A DNA stretch of 64,000 nucleotides from Bacteroidota bacterium (lineage in GTDB: Bacteria > Bacteroidota > Bacteroidia > Flavobacteriales > TMED113). Positions 29,762 to 39,787 of the stretch are shown piece by piece (positions within the stretch are counted from its first letter, which is position 1; each line of letters begins with the position of its first letter). A program made the translations under genes and the position numbers. The stretch is from positions 14,281 to 78,280 of the forward strand of contig JAYYFR010000006.1 of the NCBI GenBank assembly GCA_036158635.1. Reading direction: 5' to 3'. A model generated the notes under the pieces. That model saw only the letters and a list, made by a program, of their open reading frames with translations. It ran no database searches and was not told the DNA's origin.

Positions 29762-31867
29762 TTAAGCCTCTATTTTTTTAACTTTATTAATAACTTCTTG
29801 TGCTATATTTTTTGGAGCTTCTTCAAAATTAAAAAACTCCATTGTTGATGTTGCTCTACCTGATGTTATAGTTCTTAAATCAGTTACATATCCAAACATT
29901 TCAGATAAAGGAACTTTAGCGTTAATTATTGTAGCACCGCTTCTTTCGTTAGTGCCTTCTATTAAACCTCTTCTCTTGTTCAGGTCACCGATAACGTCAC
30001 CCATATTTTCTTCAGGAGTAACAACTTCTAATTTCATAATTGGTTCTAATAAAATAGGATTACATTTAGGAAGAGCCTCTTTAAAAGCCAATTTGGCACA
30101 TATTTCGAATGATAACGAATCTGAATCTACAGCATGATATGAACCATCAGTTAATGTAACTTGCATGGAATCCATAGCAAATCCTGCTAAAACACCATTT
30201 TCCATTGCTTGTTTAAAACCTTTTTCAACTGAAGGTATATACTCTCTCGGAATGTTACCACCTTTTATTTTATTAATGAAAACAAAACCAGGGTTTTCAG
30301 TATCATTGTTTGGTTCAATGGTAAAAACAATATCAGCAAATTTTCCTCTACCACCGGTTTGTTTCTTATAAATTTCCCTATGTTCAGAAGAACCTGATAT
30401 AGCTTCCTTATAATTCACTTGAGGAGCTCCTTGAGTACATTCAACTGAAAATTCTCTTTTTAATCTATCGATAAGAACCTCAAGATGAAGTTCACCCATT
30501 CCTGAAATAATAGTCTGTCCAGAATCTTCATCAGTTTTAACTTGAAAAGTTGGATCTTCTTCTGCAAGTTTTGCTAAACCATTTCCTAATTTATCTAAAT
30601 CTGCCTTAGTTTTTGGTTCCACGGCAATACCTATAACTGGTTCAGGGAATTCCATTGACTCTAAAGAGATTGGTGCATTTTCTGCACATAAAGTATCACC
30701 TGTTTTAATATTTTTAAAACCAACTGCAGCACCAATATCTCCGGCTTCAATAACATCAAGAGAATTTCTATTATTTGAATGCATTTGGAATATCCTAGAA
30801 ATTCTTTCTTTTTGATCTGACCTTGTGTTTAAAACATAAGATCCTGCATTTAATTTTCCAGAATATACTCTAAAGAAACATAATCTTCCAACAAAAGGAT
30901 CGGTAGCAATTTTAAAAGCTAGCGCACTAAAAGGTTCATCGTTTGAAGGACCTCTTTTAATAATTTCTTCTGAAGAAGGTTTTTTACCCTCGACCTCACC
31001 AACATCAAGAGGACTAGGTAAATATAACATTACATTATCAAGAGCAGTTTGAACACCTTTATTTTTGAAAGCTGACCCACACATTAAGGGGGTAACTGAC
31101 ATATTTAAAGTTGCTGTTCTTAGAGCCCTTTCAATTTCACTAGGAGTAATAGATTCAGGATTATCAAAATATTTTTCCATTAGGGCTTCATCAGATTCAG
31201 CAACTGACTCAAGCAATTTTTCTCTCCATTCATTAGCGTCTTGCTTTAAATCATCAGGAATATCTAGTTCTTCATATGTCATTCCTAAATCTTCCTCGTT
31301 CCATATAATTGCTTTCATTTTTATTAAGTCAACAACTCCTTTAAAATTATCTTCAGTTCCAATTGGGATTTGAATAGGAACTGGATTCCCATTTAATCGT
31401 TCTTTAATTTGATCTACACATCTAAAGAAATCAGCACCAATTCTATCCATTTTATTAACAAAGCCAATTCTAGGAACCTTGTACCTGTCAGCTTGCCTCC
31501 AAACAGTTTCAGACTGAGGTTCTACCCCACCGGAGGCACAAAATAAAGCAATAGCTCCATCTAGAACTCTCAATGATCTTTCTACTTCAACGGTAAAATC
31601 AACGTGACCTGGTGTATCAATAATATTCATTTTAAATTCCTCTCCTCTAAATTTCCAATTTGTTGTAGTAGCAGCAGAAGTAATAGTTATCCCTCTTTCT
31701 TGTTCCTGTTCCATCCAATCCATAGTAGCAGCTCCATCATGAACCTCACCAATTTTATGACTCAAACCTGTGTAATATAAAATACGCTCAGTTGTGGTAG
31801 TTTTACCAGCATCTATGTGAGCCATAATTCCAATATTTCTAGTGTATTTTAAATCTCTTTTTGACAT
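29762..31867 (-). CDS. fusA: Elongation factor G
   Basis: [36 protein letters not shown]. Confidence 0.99.
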   Translation of the reverse strand: MSKRDLKYTRNIGIMAHIDAGKTTTTERILYYTGLSHKIGEVHDGAATMDWMEQEQERGITITSAATTTNWKFRGEEFKMNIIDTPGHVDFTVEVERSLRVLDGAIALFCASGGVEPQSETVWRQADRYKVPRIGFVNKMDRIGADFFRCVDQIKERLNGNPVPIQIPIGTEDNFKGVVDLIKMKAIIWNEEDLGMTYEELDIPDDLKQDANEWREKLLESVAESDEALMEKYFDNPESITPSEIERALRTATLNMSVTPLMCGSAFKNKGVQTALDNVMLYLPSPLDVGEVEGKKPSSEEIIKRGPSNDEPFSALAFKIATDPFVGRLCFFRVYSGKLNAGSYVLNTRSDQKERISRIFQMHSNNRNSLDVIEAGDIGAAVGFKNIKTGDTLCAENAPISLESMEFPEPVIGIAVEPKTKADLDKLGNGLAKLAEEDPTFQVKTDEDSGQTIISGMGELHLEVLIDRLKREFSVECTQGAPQVNYKEAISGSSEHREIYKKQTGGRGKFADIVFTIEPNNDTENPGFVFINKIKGGNIPREYIPSVEKGFKQAMENGVLAGFAMDSMQVTLTDGSYHAVDSDSLSFEICAKLAFKEALPKCNPILLEPIMKLEVVTPEENMGDVIGDLNKRRGLIEGTNERSGATIINAKVPLSEMFGYVTDLRTITSGRATSTMEFFNFEEAPKNIAQEVINKVKKIEA

Positions 31868-31872
31868 TGTAA

Positions 31873-32346
31873 TTAAATTTTAAAATGAGAAAATGCTTTA
31901 TTAGATTCTGCCATTTTATGAACTTCAGTTTTTTTCTTATATGCCCCGCCTTCTTCATTAAATCCAGCAATAATTTCTGCTGCTAATTTCTCAGCCATTG
32001 TCTTTCCATTTCTTTTTCTAGAAAAATTTATAAGCCATGACATTCCCATTGAAATTTTTCTTTCAGGTCTAACTGGCATGGGAATTTGAAAAGTAGCACC
32101 ACCTACTCTCCTACTTCTCACCTCAACTTCTGGCATAATATTTGAAAGTGATTTTTTCCATACTACTAATGGATCTTCATCTATATTTTCATTTTTTTTC
32201 ACTAAATCTAAGGCATTGTAAAATATCTTAAATGCTTTTTGTTTATTGCCACTAATCATGAGACAATTAACAAATCTAGTAACCAATGTGTCTCCAAATT
32301 TTGGGTCTGGTAATAATATTCTTTTTTTAGCTCTTGATTTTCTCAT
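31873..32346 (-). CDS. rpsG: 30S ribosomal protein S7
   Basis: [28 protein letters not shown]. Confidence 0.99.
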   Translation of the reverse strand: MRKSRAKKRILLPDPKFGDTLVTRFVNCLMISGNKQKAFKIFYNALDLVKKNENIDEDPLVVWKKSLSNIMPEVEVRSRRVGGATFQIPMPVRPERKISMGMSWLINFSRKRNGKTMAEKLAAEIIAGFNEEGGAYKKKTEVHKMAESNKAFSHFKI

Positions 32347-32355
32347 TGTGTGATA

Positions 32356-32730
32356 TTATTTTTTTGGTTTTTTAGATCCGTACTTTGACCTTCTTTGATT
32401 TCTGCCCTCGACACCAGCTGTATCAAGTGCACCCCTAACAATATGGTATCTAACACCTGGAAGATCTTTGACTCTACCTCCACGAACAAGTACAATAGAG
32501 TGTTCTTGTAAATTATGGCCTTCTCCAGGTATATATGCATTAACTTCATTTCCATTTGTAAGTCGCACCCTAGCAACCTTTCTCATTGCTGAGTTAGGTT
32601 TTTTTGGTGTTGTAGTATATACTCTAGTACAAACACCTCTTCTTTGAGGACAAGTATCCAAAGCACCAGACTTACTTTTACTTTTAAAAACTTTTCTCCC
32701 CTTTCTAATTAACTGTTGTATTGTTGGCAT
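32356..32730 (-). CDS. rpsL: 30S ribosomal protein S12
   Basis: [24 protein letters not shown]. Confidence 0.99.
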   Translation of the reverse strand: MPTIQQLIRKGRKVFKSKSKSGALDTCPQRRGVCTRVYTTTPKKPNSAMRKVARVRLTNGNEVNAYIPGEGHNLQEHSIVLVRGGRVKDLPGVRYHIVRGALDTAGVEGRNQRRSKYGSKKPKK

Positions 32731-32795
32731 TATTTAAAATTATTTTTAATTAGCTAAACCCTCATAAAAAAGCATAGGCCTCCCTAAAAGGTCTG

Positions 32796-32826
32796 CAAAT
32801 CTATAATTTTTAATCTTTATATCAAA
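32796..32826 (-). promoter_or_regulatory. Bacteroidota housekeeping promoter (-33/-7) of the str-S10-spc-alpha superoperon
   Basis: Minus strand TTTG (32826-32823), 19-bp spacer, TAGATTTG (32803-32796): matches the TTTG-N19-21-TAnnTTTG consensus. Confidence 0.8.
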
Positions 32827-32974
32827 CCTTATCATTTCTTTTTTTAAAAAATATTTACTAGTTAACTGCCCAAACCATTGTCTTCTAGTTACTTATGGTT
32901 TTAAAAAAAAACTAAAATATTATTAATTAACAGATTAAATAAAAAGAATTTATATTTAAGCATTAAAATTATTT

Positions 32975-35212
32975 ATGGAACAAATTAAATTTCTAAATAA
33001 TATACAACAAGAATGTGTAAAAAATACTGAGGGACCAATGATAATTATATCTGGTCCTGGTTCAGGAAAAACTAGAGTCATCACTTCTAAAATTGCTTAC
33101 ATATTAAATAAAGGAGTCAACCCATATAATATTTTAGCTTTAACATTCACTAACAAATCTGCAAAAGAATTATTAAACCGCATTCAGTCTATATCCTCTA
33201 ATGTATCATTGTGGAAATTATGGGCAGGCACATTTCATTCAATGTTTGCAAGAATATTGAGAATTGAATCTGAATTCATTGGTTATAATAACCACTTTAC
33301 TATTTTAGATAATGAGGACTCTAAATCGATGATAAAAAGAATAATTAATGACTTTAAACTTGATAAAGAAAATTACAGACCTAATGGTGTTTTTTCGAAA
33401 ATATCTTTATTAAAAAACAATCTTATTGACCCACATGAGTATGAAAAAAACCATGAATTTATTAAAAACGATGAAAATAAAAACCAACCTAAATTTCTAC
33501 TCATTTACCGGACTTATATCAATAAATGTAAACAAAATCAAAATATGGATTTTGATGACTTATTAGTCAATACATTAAACCTATTTAGAAAAAACAATAG
33601 TGTTTTAGAAAAATATCAAGAAATTTTTAAGTATATATTGATTGACGAGTTTCAAGATACAAATATTCTACAATTAGAAATAATTAAACTCCTAGCAAAA
33701 AAAAATAACAATTTATGTGTAGTAGGTGATGATTCGCAAAGTATTTATTCGTTTCGCGGGGCTAACATAAATAATATATTAAACTTTAATAAGTTATATC
33801 CACTTGCAAAAATATTTAAACTTGAGGAAAACTACAGGTCTACAAAAATTATTCTTAAAGCTGCTAATAGTTTAATTTCTCACAATGAACAAAAACTAGA
33901 GAAAAAAATTTGGACGAATAAAGAAAATGGAGAAAAAATAAATTTAAATTTAGTGGATTCTGACAAAGAAGAAGGATTGTTAATAGCAAAAACAATCAAA
34001 GAACTCTACCCCTCAAAAAAATTTTCTGATCATTTAGTGTTATTTAGGATGAATAGCCAATCAAGAGTTATTGAGGAGGGACTAAGAAGATTAAATATAA
34101 ATTACAAAGTTTTTGGATTATCCTTCTACAAAAGAAAAGAAATTAAAGACGTTTTAGCATACTTGAAATTAATTACAAATAAACAAGATGATGAATCTTT
34201 AATAAGAATTATTAACTACCCTGCAAGGGGGATTGGGAAAACTTCAATTGAAAGAATTAGAGAATTTGCATTCAAAAATAATATTTCTTTGTGGGAAGTA
34301 ATCTCAAAAATTAAAAACATAGATATCAAAATTAATGAAGGTTTGAAGGGCAAAATACATGATTTTTTTAATTTAATAGAAAGTTATTCATCTAGAAATT
34401 CTGAAAATGCATTTGACTTAGTAATCTCATTAGTTGATGGATTAAAAATAATTGAAATTTTATCAAACGATCAATCTGTTGAAAGCAACACAAAAATTGA
34501 AAATATTAGAGAATTACTTAACGCAATTAAATCATTTACTGAGGAACAAGAAAATAATACAATAGCAAATTTTCTAGACCAATCTGTTCTTGTAAATGAA
34601 AGTAATAATGAAGAAAATTCTAACAATGACGATTTCGTGTCATTAATGACAATTCATCAATCGAAAGGATTAGAATTTTCACAAGTTCATATAGCTGGAA
34701 TGGAAGAAAACATTTTCCCTTCTCAACAATCTATGTTTTCTCAGAAAGATATTGAAGAAGAAAGAAGATTATTATACGTAGCTATAACTAGAGCTAAAGA
34801 TAAAGTTTACATGTCTCATTGTAAATCAAGATTTAGATTTAATAACTATGTATCCAATGAACCAAGTAGATTCATTAATGAAATTGATGAAAATTGTATT
34901 GAAAAAAATGAGACCAAAAACTATATTAGCGATTTGTCAAGCCACAAATCTTTTCAAAGGAAAGCGAACGAAAAGAAATTTGACTTTAAAACACCCAAAA
35001 AAAATTTAGTTAAAATAACAAAATTTAAAACTTCAAAAGATAATATAAAAACTAAAAATTTAAATGTCGGTAGATTCATCATACATAATATATTTGGTAA
35101 AGGGAAAATTGTTTCATTAACTGATTCAAATGAAAAAATGGAGGTTGAATTTGAAAATAAAAGCAAAAAAACAATTTTAGTTAGATATGCTAAATTTGAT
35201 TTAATTGATTAA
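32975..35212 (+). CDS. uvrD: UvrD/PcrA superfamily 1 DNA helicase
   Basis: GPGSGKT, TFTNK, DEFQD, VGDDSQSIYSFRGA, LEENYRS, HQSKGLEF, EERRLLYVAITRA, C-terminal Tudor-like HNIFGKG. Confidence 0.95.
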   Translation: MEQIKFLNNIQQECVKNTEGPMIIISGPGSGKTRVITSKIAYILNKGVNPYNILALTFTNKSAKELLNRIQSISSNVSLWKLWAGTFHSMFARILRIESEFIGYNNHFTILDNEDSKSMIKRIINDFKLDKENYRPNGVFSKISLLKNNLIDPHEYEKNHEFIKNDENKNQPKFLLIYRTYINKCKQNQNMDFDDLLVNTLNLFRKNNSVLEKYQEIFKYILIDEFQDTNILQLEIIKLLAKKNNNLCVVGDDSQSIYSFRGANINNILNFNKLYPLAKIFKLEENYRSTKIILKAANSLISHNEQKLEKKIWTNKENGEKINLNLVDSDKEEGLLIAKTIKELYPSKKFSDHLVLFRMNSQSRVIEEGLRRLNINYKVFGLSFYKRKEIKDVLAYLKLITNKQDDESLIRIINYPARGIGKTSIERIREFAFKNNISLWEVISKIKNIDIKINEGLKGKIHDFFNLIESYSSRNSENAFDLVISLVDGLKIIEILSNDQSVESNTKIENIRELLNAIKSFTEEQENNTIANFLDQSVLVNESNNEENSNNDDFVSLMTIHQSKGLEFSQVHIAGMEENIFPSQQSMFSQKDIEEERRLLYVAITRAKDKVYMSHCKSRFRFNNYVSNEPSRFINEIDENCIEKNETKNYISDLSSHKSFQRKANEKKFDFKTPKKNLVKITKFKTSKDNIKTKNLNVGRFIIHNIFGKGKIVSLTDSNEKMEVEFENKSKKTILVRYAKFDLID

Positions 35213-35269
35213 AAAAAATTATATTTACGATAAATATCTATACTACTCTACAAAATCCAATCTTATATT

Positions 35270-35887
35270 ATGAAATATAACACTGAACTATCAAAACTTA
35301 TTATTCCAGAATACGGAAGACATATTCATCAAATTATTGACTCTCTTTCATTAATTAAAGACAGAAAAAAAAGAAATGAACAAACAGAAATTGTGATTCA
35401 AATTATGGGAAATCTAAACCCTCACTTAAGAGATGTGAATGACTTCAAACATAAATTATGGGATCATCTTTTCATAATGTCTGATTACAAACTTGACGTT
35501 GACTCACCATATCCTATTCCTGAAAAAAAAGAAAAAAAAGAAAGACCCATCAAAATAACTAATACACAAGGTACCGTGAAATATAGACATTATGGAAAAT
35601 TTGTAATTGAGATGCTTAAAAAATTATCAGATTCAAAAAATGAAGTAAATAAAAATCATTTAATTATCTCTATTGCAAATCAAATGAAAAGGTCTTACAT
35701 AAATTGGAATAAATCAAATGTTTTAGATGACGTGATTTTTAGCGAAATTGAAAACATATCAAATGGGAAAATAAAAATTCCAGAAAACACTGTTTTAGAT
35801 AATATCCAAATTTATCAAAAACAAAATAATCACCATAAATCCGGTCCTAGAAAAAAGTTAAATCACAGACCAAAAAAATTCAAGTAA
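35270..35887 (+). CDS. DUF4290 family protein
   Basis: YNT...LIIPEYGRH, MGNLNPHLRDV.DFKHKLWDHLFIMS; sits upstream of murA as is typical of Bacteroidota. Confidence 0.85.
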   Translation: MKYNTELSKLIIPEYGRHIHQIIDSLSLIKDRKKRNEQTEIVIQIMGNLNPHLRDVNDFKHKLWDHLFIMSDYKLDVDSPYPIPEKKEKKERPIKITNTQGTVKYRHYGKFVIEMLKKLSDSKNEVNKNHLIISIANQMKRSYINWNKSNVLDDVIFSEIENISNGKIKIPENTVLDNIQIYQKQNNHHKSGPRKKLNHRPKKFK

Positions 35888-35891
35888 AAAA

Positions 35892-37193
35892 ATGAGTAGC
35901 TTTGAAATAATTGGAGGCAGAAGTTTATCCGGAACAATAACTCCTCAAGGTTCGAAAAATGAAGCTTTACAGGTCATCTCCGCCTGTTTACTTTCCAGTA
36001 AAAAAATTGAAATAAAAAATGTACCCGAAATTACTGATGTTCTTAATTTAATTAAACTACTAAAAGTAATTGGTGTAAAAATTAATAGAAAAAACAAAAA
36101 TCACTTTATCTTTCAAGCAAAGAAAATAGATCCAAACTATTTTAAAAATGAGAATTTTATAAAACTTAGCTCGAAAATTAGAGGTTCTATTATGATAATG
36201 GGACCTTTAGTATCTAGATTTGGAAGATCTTATGTTATTACTCCAGGGGGAGATAAAATTGGGAGAAGACCATTAGACACACATTTTGTAGCTCTTGAAA
36301 AATTAGGAGCAATTATCAAATCAAGAAAAAAAAATGTCTTCAAAATAGAGGGAAGGAAATTGATTGGCAAAGAAATATTATTAGAAGAAGCTTCTGTTAC
36401 TGCTACTGCAAATATTATTATGGCAGCAAGTTTAGCAAATGGAGTTACAAAAATATATAATGCGGCTTGCGAACCATATATACAACAGTTGTGCAGAATG
36501 TTAAACAGTATGGGAGCTAAAATAACTGGTCAAGGTACTAATTTAATTCAAGTACAAGGGGTTAAAGAATTAAATGAAACTAAACATGAAATTTTACCTG
36601 ACATGATTGAAATAGGTAGTTGGATTGGTTTAGCAGTTATGACTCAATCTAACCTTACGATAAAAAATTGCTCAATAAAAAATCTTGGAATTATACCTAA
36701 CATATTTAAAAAATTAGGAGTAAAACTGAAAATTAAAAATGATGACATTATAATTAAAAAACAAAAAACACATGAAATTCAAACCTTTATGAATGGATCT
36801 ATTTTAACAATTTCTGATGCACCATGGCCAGGTTTCACCCCTGACCTAATTAGTATTATATTAGTGTTAGCTACTCAGGCAAAAGGTAGTATACTTATAC
36901 ATCAAAAAATGTTTGAAAGTAGATTATTTTTTGTTGATAAATTGATTGATATGGGAGCTAAAATAATTTTATGTGATCCACACAGAGCTACAGTTATAGG
37001 GATTGACAGAAAATATCCTCTCAAGGGAACTGTAATGAGTTCTCCTGACATTAGAGCTGGAATTGCTCTATTGATTGCAGCTTTATCCGCTCACGGCAAA
37101 AGCATTATTTTCAATATTAATCAAATTGATAGAGGATATGAAAATATTGTGGAAAGATTACAACAAATTGGAGCAAAAATAAAAAGAATATAA
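35892..37193 (+). CDS. murA: UDP-N-acetylglucosamine 1-carboxyvinyltransferase
   Basis: GSKNEAL, PGGDKIGRRP, SVTATAN, PWPGFTPD, SPDIRAG, IDRGYE. Confidence 0.97.
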   Translation: MSSFEIIGGRSLSGTITPQGSKNEALQVISACLLSSKKIEIKNVPEITDVLNLIKLLKVIGVKINRKNKNHFIFQAKKIDPNYFKNENFIKLSSKIRGSIMIMGPLVSRFGRSYVITPGGDKIGRRPLDTHFVALEKLGAIIKSRKKNVFKIEGRKLIGKEILLEEASVTATANIIMAASLANGVTKIYNAACEPYIQQLCRMLNSMGAKITGQGTNLIQVQGVKELNETKHEILPDMIEIGSWIGLAVMTQSNLTIKNCSIKNLGIIPNIFKKLGVKLKIKNDDIIIKKQKTHEIQTFMNGSILTISDAPWPGFTPDLISIILVLATQAKGSILIHQKMFESRLFFVDKLIDMGAKIILCDPHRATVIGIDRKYPLKGTVMSSPDIRAGIALLIAALSAHGKSIIFNINQIDRGYENIVERLQQIGAKIKRI

Positions 37194-37202
37194 ATTTTCA
37201 AC

Positions 37203-37217
37203 ATGACAACTTGTCAT
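37203..37217. promoter_or_regulatory. Perfect palindrome ATGACAA-C-TTGTCAT, candidate operator/activator site
   Basis: 7-bp arms with a 1-bp spacer in the murA-grpE gap, 10 bp upstream of the sigma-54-like element. Confidence 0.6.
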
Positions 37218-37227
37218 AATTATTGAT

Positions 37228-37244
37228 TTGGCAGAGATTTTGCT
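37228..37244 (+). promoter_or_regulatory. Sigma-54-type -24/-12 promoter upstream of grpE
   Basis: TTGGCAGAGATTTTGCT versus consensus YTGGCACGNNNNTTGCW; GG(37230-31)-N10-GC(37242-43); predicted +1 near 37255, ATG at 37271. Confidence 0.7.
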
Positions 37245-37270
37245 TTATAAATTTTATAATAATTACAATA

Positions 37271-37753
37271 ATGACAAAAAAAAAGAAAATACTTAAAAAA
37301 GATCTTAACCAAAAAAAAATTGAAGAACTAAAAAATCAAGTAAATGAAGGAAATGAAAAGTACCTGAGGTTGTTGGCTGAATGGGAAAATTATAGAAAAA
37401 GAACTCTCAAAGAAAAAACTGCTTCAGTCAATTATGGAAAAGAATCAATAATTTCTAAAATCCTACCTATTTTAGATGACTTTGAAAGAGGTCTTAAAGC
37501 AAATGAAAAAAAAGATACTGGTAGTGGGTTTCAATTAATTATTCAAAAACTATTTGATGTATTACAAAAGGAAGGGTTAATTAAAATTTCGGTTAACTCT
37601 GGTGACGAATTTGATGTAAATCAACATGAAGCAATTAGTCAAATTCCAATAAAAAAACCAGAATTAAAAGGAAAAATTGTTGAAGAAATTGAATCTGGGT
37701 ACACATTCAATGAAAAAATCATAAGATTTAATAAAGTCGTAATTGGAAAATAA
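37271..37753 (+). CDS. grpE: Nucleotide exchange factor GrpE
   Basis: [32 protein letters not shown]....KIIR; real start ATG 37271. Confidence 0.96.
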   Translation: MTKKKKILKKDLNQKKIEELKNQVNEGNEKYLRLLAEWENYRKRTLKEKTASVNYGKESIISKILPILDDFERGLKANEKKDTGSGFQLIIQKLFDVLQKEGLIKISVNSGDEFDVNQHEAISQIPIKKPELKGKIVEEIESGYTFNEKIIRFNKVVIGK

Positions 37754-38862
37754 TGAATAAAAGAGATTACTATGAAATACTTGGTTTACAAAAAAATGCA
37801 AGTGACCAAGAAATAAAAAAAGCTTATCGGAAATTAGCAATTAAGTATCATCCTGACAAAAATCCAGATGACAAAGAAGCTGAAGAAAAATTTAAAGAAG
37901 CAGCAGAAGCATACAGCGTTTTGAGTAATAATGAAAAAAGAAGAAGATACGATCAATTTGGTCATCAAGGAATTAGTGGAAATGGTGGATTTGGTGGGGG
38001 AATGAATATGGAGGATATTTTTGATAGTTTTGGGGATATTTTTGGTGGATTTTCAGGATTTGGAGGAAGAAGCACTAATCGAAACAGAGTTTTAAAAGGT
38101 TCTAATTTAAGAATTAGACTTAAACTGAACTTAAAAGAAATATGTGAAGGGACTACAAAAAAAATTAAAGTAAAAAAATTAGTTCAATCTAAAAATATAT
38201 CATTTGAAAATTGTGATATGTGCAATGGAAGCGGACAAATTACCAGGGTTACAAATACCATACTTGGTCAAATGCAAACAAGTTCTGTTTGTCCTAAGTG
38301 CTCTGGGAAAGGAAAAATAATAACAAAAAAACCTATTGATTCTGATGATAATGGTATGGTAAGAAAAGAAAGTTTAGAAGAGATTGAAATTCCAGCTGGC
38401 GTTTCTGAAGGCATGCAATTAAAAATACCAAGTGCAGGTAATGAAGCTCCGTTCGAAGGAGTTAATGGTGATTTATTGGTGTTAATTGAGGAAGAAAAAC
38501 ATGAAGATTTAATCAGAGATGGAATCAACATTCATTATAACCTTTATATTAATATTTCTGAAGCAGTGTTAGGAACAAAAAAACAAATACCTACTATTGA
38601 AGGAAAGGTTGAAATCAATATTCCTTCAGGTATTCAAAACGGAAAAATTCTTAGACTTCAATCAAAAGGTGTTCCGGATATTAATGAATATTCTAGAGAT
38701 AGAGGTGACCTACTAGTTCACATTAATGTTTGGACTCCTAAAAATATAAATTCTCATCAAAGAAAATTTTTTGAAGAACATATTTCAGCAGAAGAGTTTG
38801 AACCAAAAGTAGATAAATCTGAAAAGTCTTTTTTTGAAAAAATCAAAGAAATGTTTAACTAG
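37753..38862 (+). CDS. dnaJ: Chaperone DnaJ
   Basis: J-domain with HPD, G/F-rich region, two CxxCxGxG repeats, C-terminal domain. Confidence 0.97.
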   Translation: MNKRDYYEILGLQKNASDQEIKKAYRKLAIKYHPDKNPDDKEAEEKFKEAAEAYSVLSNNEKRRRYDQFGHQGISGNGGFGGGMNMEDIFDSFGDIFGGFSGFGGRSTNRNRVLKGSNLRIRLKLNLKEICEGTTKKIKVKKLVQSKNISFENCDMCNGSGQITRVTNTILGQMQTSSVCPKCSGKGKIITKKPIDSDDNGMVRKESLEEIEIPAGVSEGMQLKIPSAGNEAPFEGVNGDLLVLIEEEKHEDLIRDGINIHYNLYINISEAVLGTKKQIPTIEGKVEINIPSGIQNGKILRLQSKGVPDINEYSRDRGDLLVHINVWTPKNINSHQRKFFEEHISAEEFEPKVDKSEKSFFEKIKEMFN

Positions 38863-38863
38863 A

Positions 38864-39787
38864 ATGTCTAAAATTGGCATTATTGATATTGGAAGTAATA
38901 CATTCAATCTGTTAATTAGTTGTGTGACAACTAAAAAATCCATTTTTCGATGCGAAGATTTCGTTGGAATTAGAAAAGGAACAATTGATGGATTTATTCA
39001 AGAGAAAACTATATCAGACTCTATTAAAACAATTAACAAGTATAAGAACAAATGCAAAAAACATGATTGTAAAAAAATATATTTAGTTGCTACCGCTTCG
39101 TTAAGAGAACCAAAAAATAATTTGGAATTTTTAGATAGATGTAAAAAGGAAACAGATCTAATTATTAATATTATTTCAGGTCTTGAAGAAGCTAAATTAA
39201 TATTTCATGGAATTTCAAATAATATTCATCATCTTAATAACTATTTAATTGTTGATATTGGTGGAGCAAGTACTGAATTTGTTATTTGTAAATATAAAAA
39301 AGCAATTTATAAAAAAAGCTTTTCATTTGGCAGTCAGTTATTATTACAAAAATTTAAGCCTTCCTCACCAATTAATAGTCAGGATTTATATAAGATTAAT
39401 AGCTTTTTCAAAAAAAAATTAAAAAACTTATTATTAGTTGTCAAAAAATATAAAATTATAAATTTAATTGGTTCTTCAGGTTCCATTAATTGTTTAGCTA
39501 ACATTCAATCATTGAGCACAAAAGCTGAGAAATTAGACCATTTAAATATTGAACAATTTACTCAAATTACATCACCAAAAATTCTAAACAGTACAGTTGA
39601 GGATAGAAAAAAAATACCTGGTCTCGTAAAAATGAGAGCTGAAAATATAATTATTACAATTATTTTAATTAATTTCTTACTGGATGAAGGAATTAAAAAT
39701 GTATACACATCAAAGTTTTCATTAAATGACGGAATTTTTTCAAATATTTTAAATAATACAATATCATGGCAAGAATCATTATTATAG
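38864..39787 (+). CDS. ppx: Ppx/GppA-family exopolyphosphatase (short form)
   Basis: IDIGSNT, ATASLRE, ISGLEEAKL, DIGGASTE; no C-terminal HD domain; ATG 38864. Confidence 0.85.
   Translation: MSKIGIIDIGSNTFNLLISCVTTKKSIFRCEDFVGIRKGTIDGFIQEKTISDSIKTINKYKNKCKKHDCKKIYLVATASLREPKNNLEFLDRCKKETDLIINIISGLEEAKLIFHGISNNIHHLNNYLIVDIGGASTEFVICKYKKAIYKKSFSFGSQLLLQKFKPSSPINSQDLYKINSFFKKKLKNLLLVVKKYKIINLIGSSGSINCLANIQSLSTKAEKLDHLNIEQFTQITSPKILNSTVEDRKKIPGLVKMRAENIIITIILINFLLDEGIKNVYTSKFSLNDGIFSNILNNTISWQESLL

Noticed and set aside
29446..32730. Absence of tuf after fusA, and map located between secY and infA
   Set aside because: Both arrangements are known in Bacteroidota; useful only as taxonomic hints.
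32731..32795. Relatively GC-rich rpsL leader as a possible autoregulatory RNA
   Set aside because: Only weak, ambiguous pairing is visible; covariation analysis would be needed.
32872..32901. Inverted repeat AAACCAT-N16-ATGGTTT between rpsL and uvrD
   Set aside because: Short, AT-rich arms with a long loop; could be chance and matches no motif I recognise.
37223..37270. Tracked N-terminal extension of GrpE from TTG 37223
   Set aside because: It runs through the promoter element; ATG 37271 gives a normal GrpE start.
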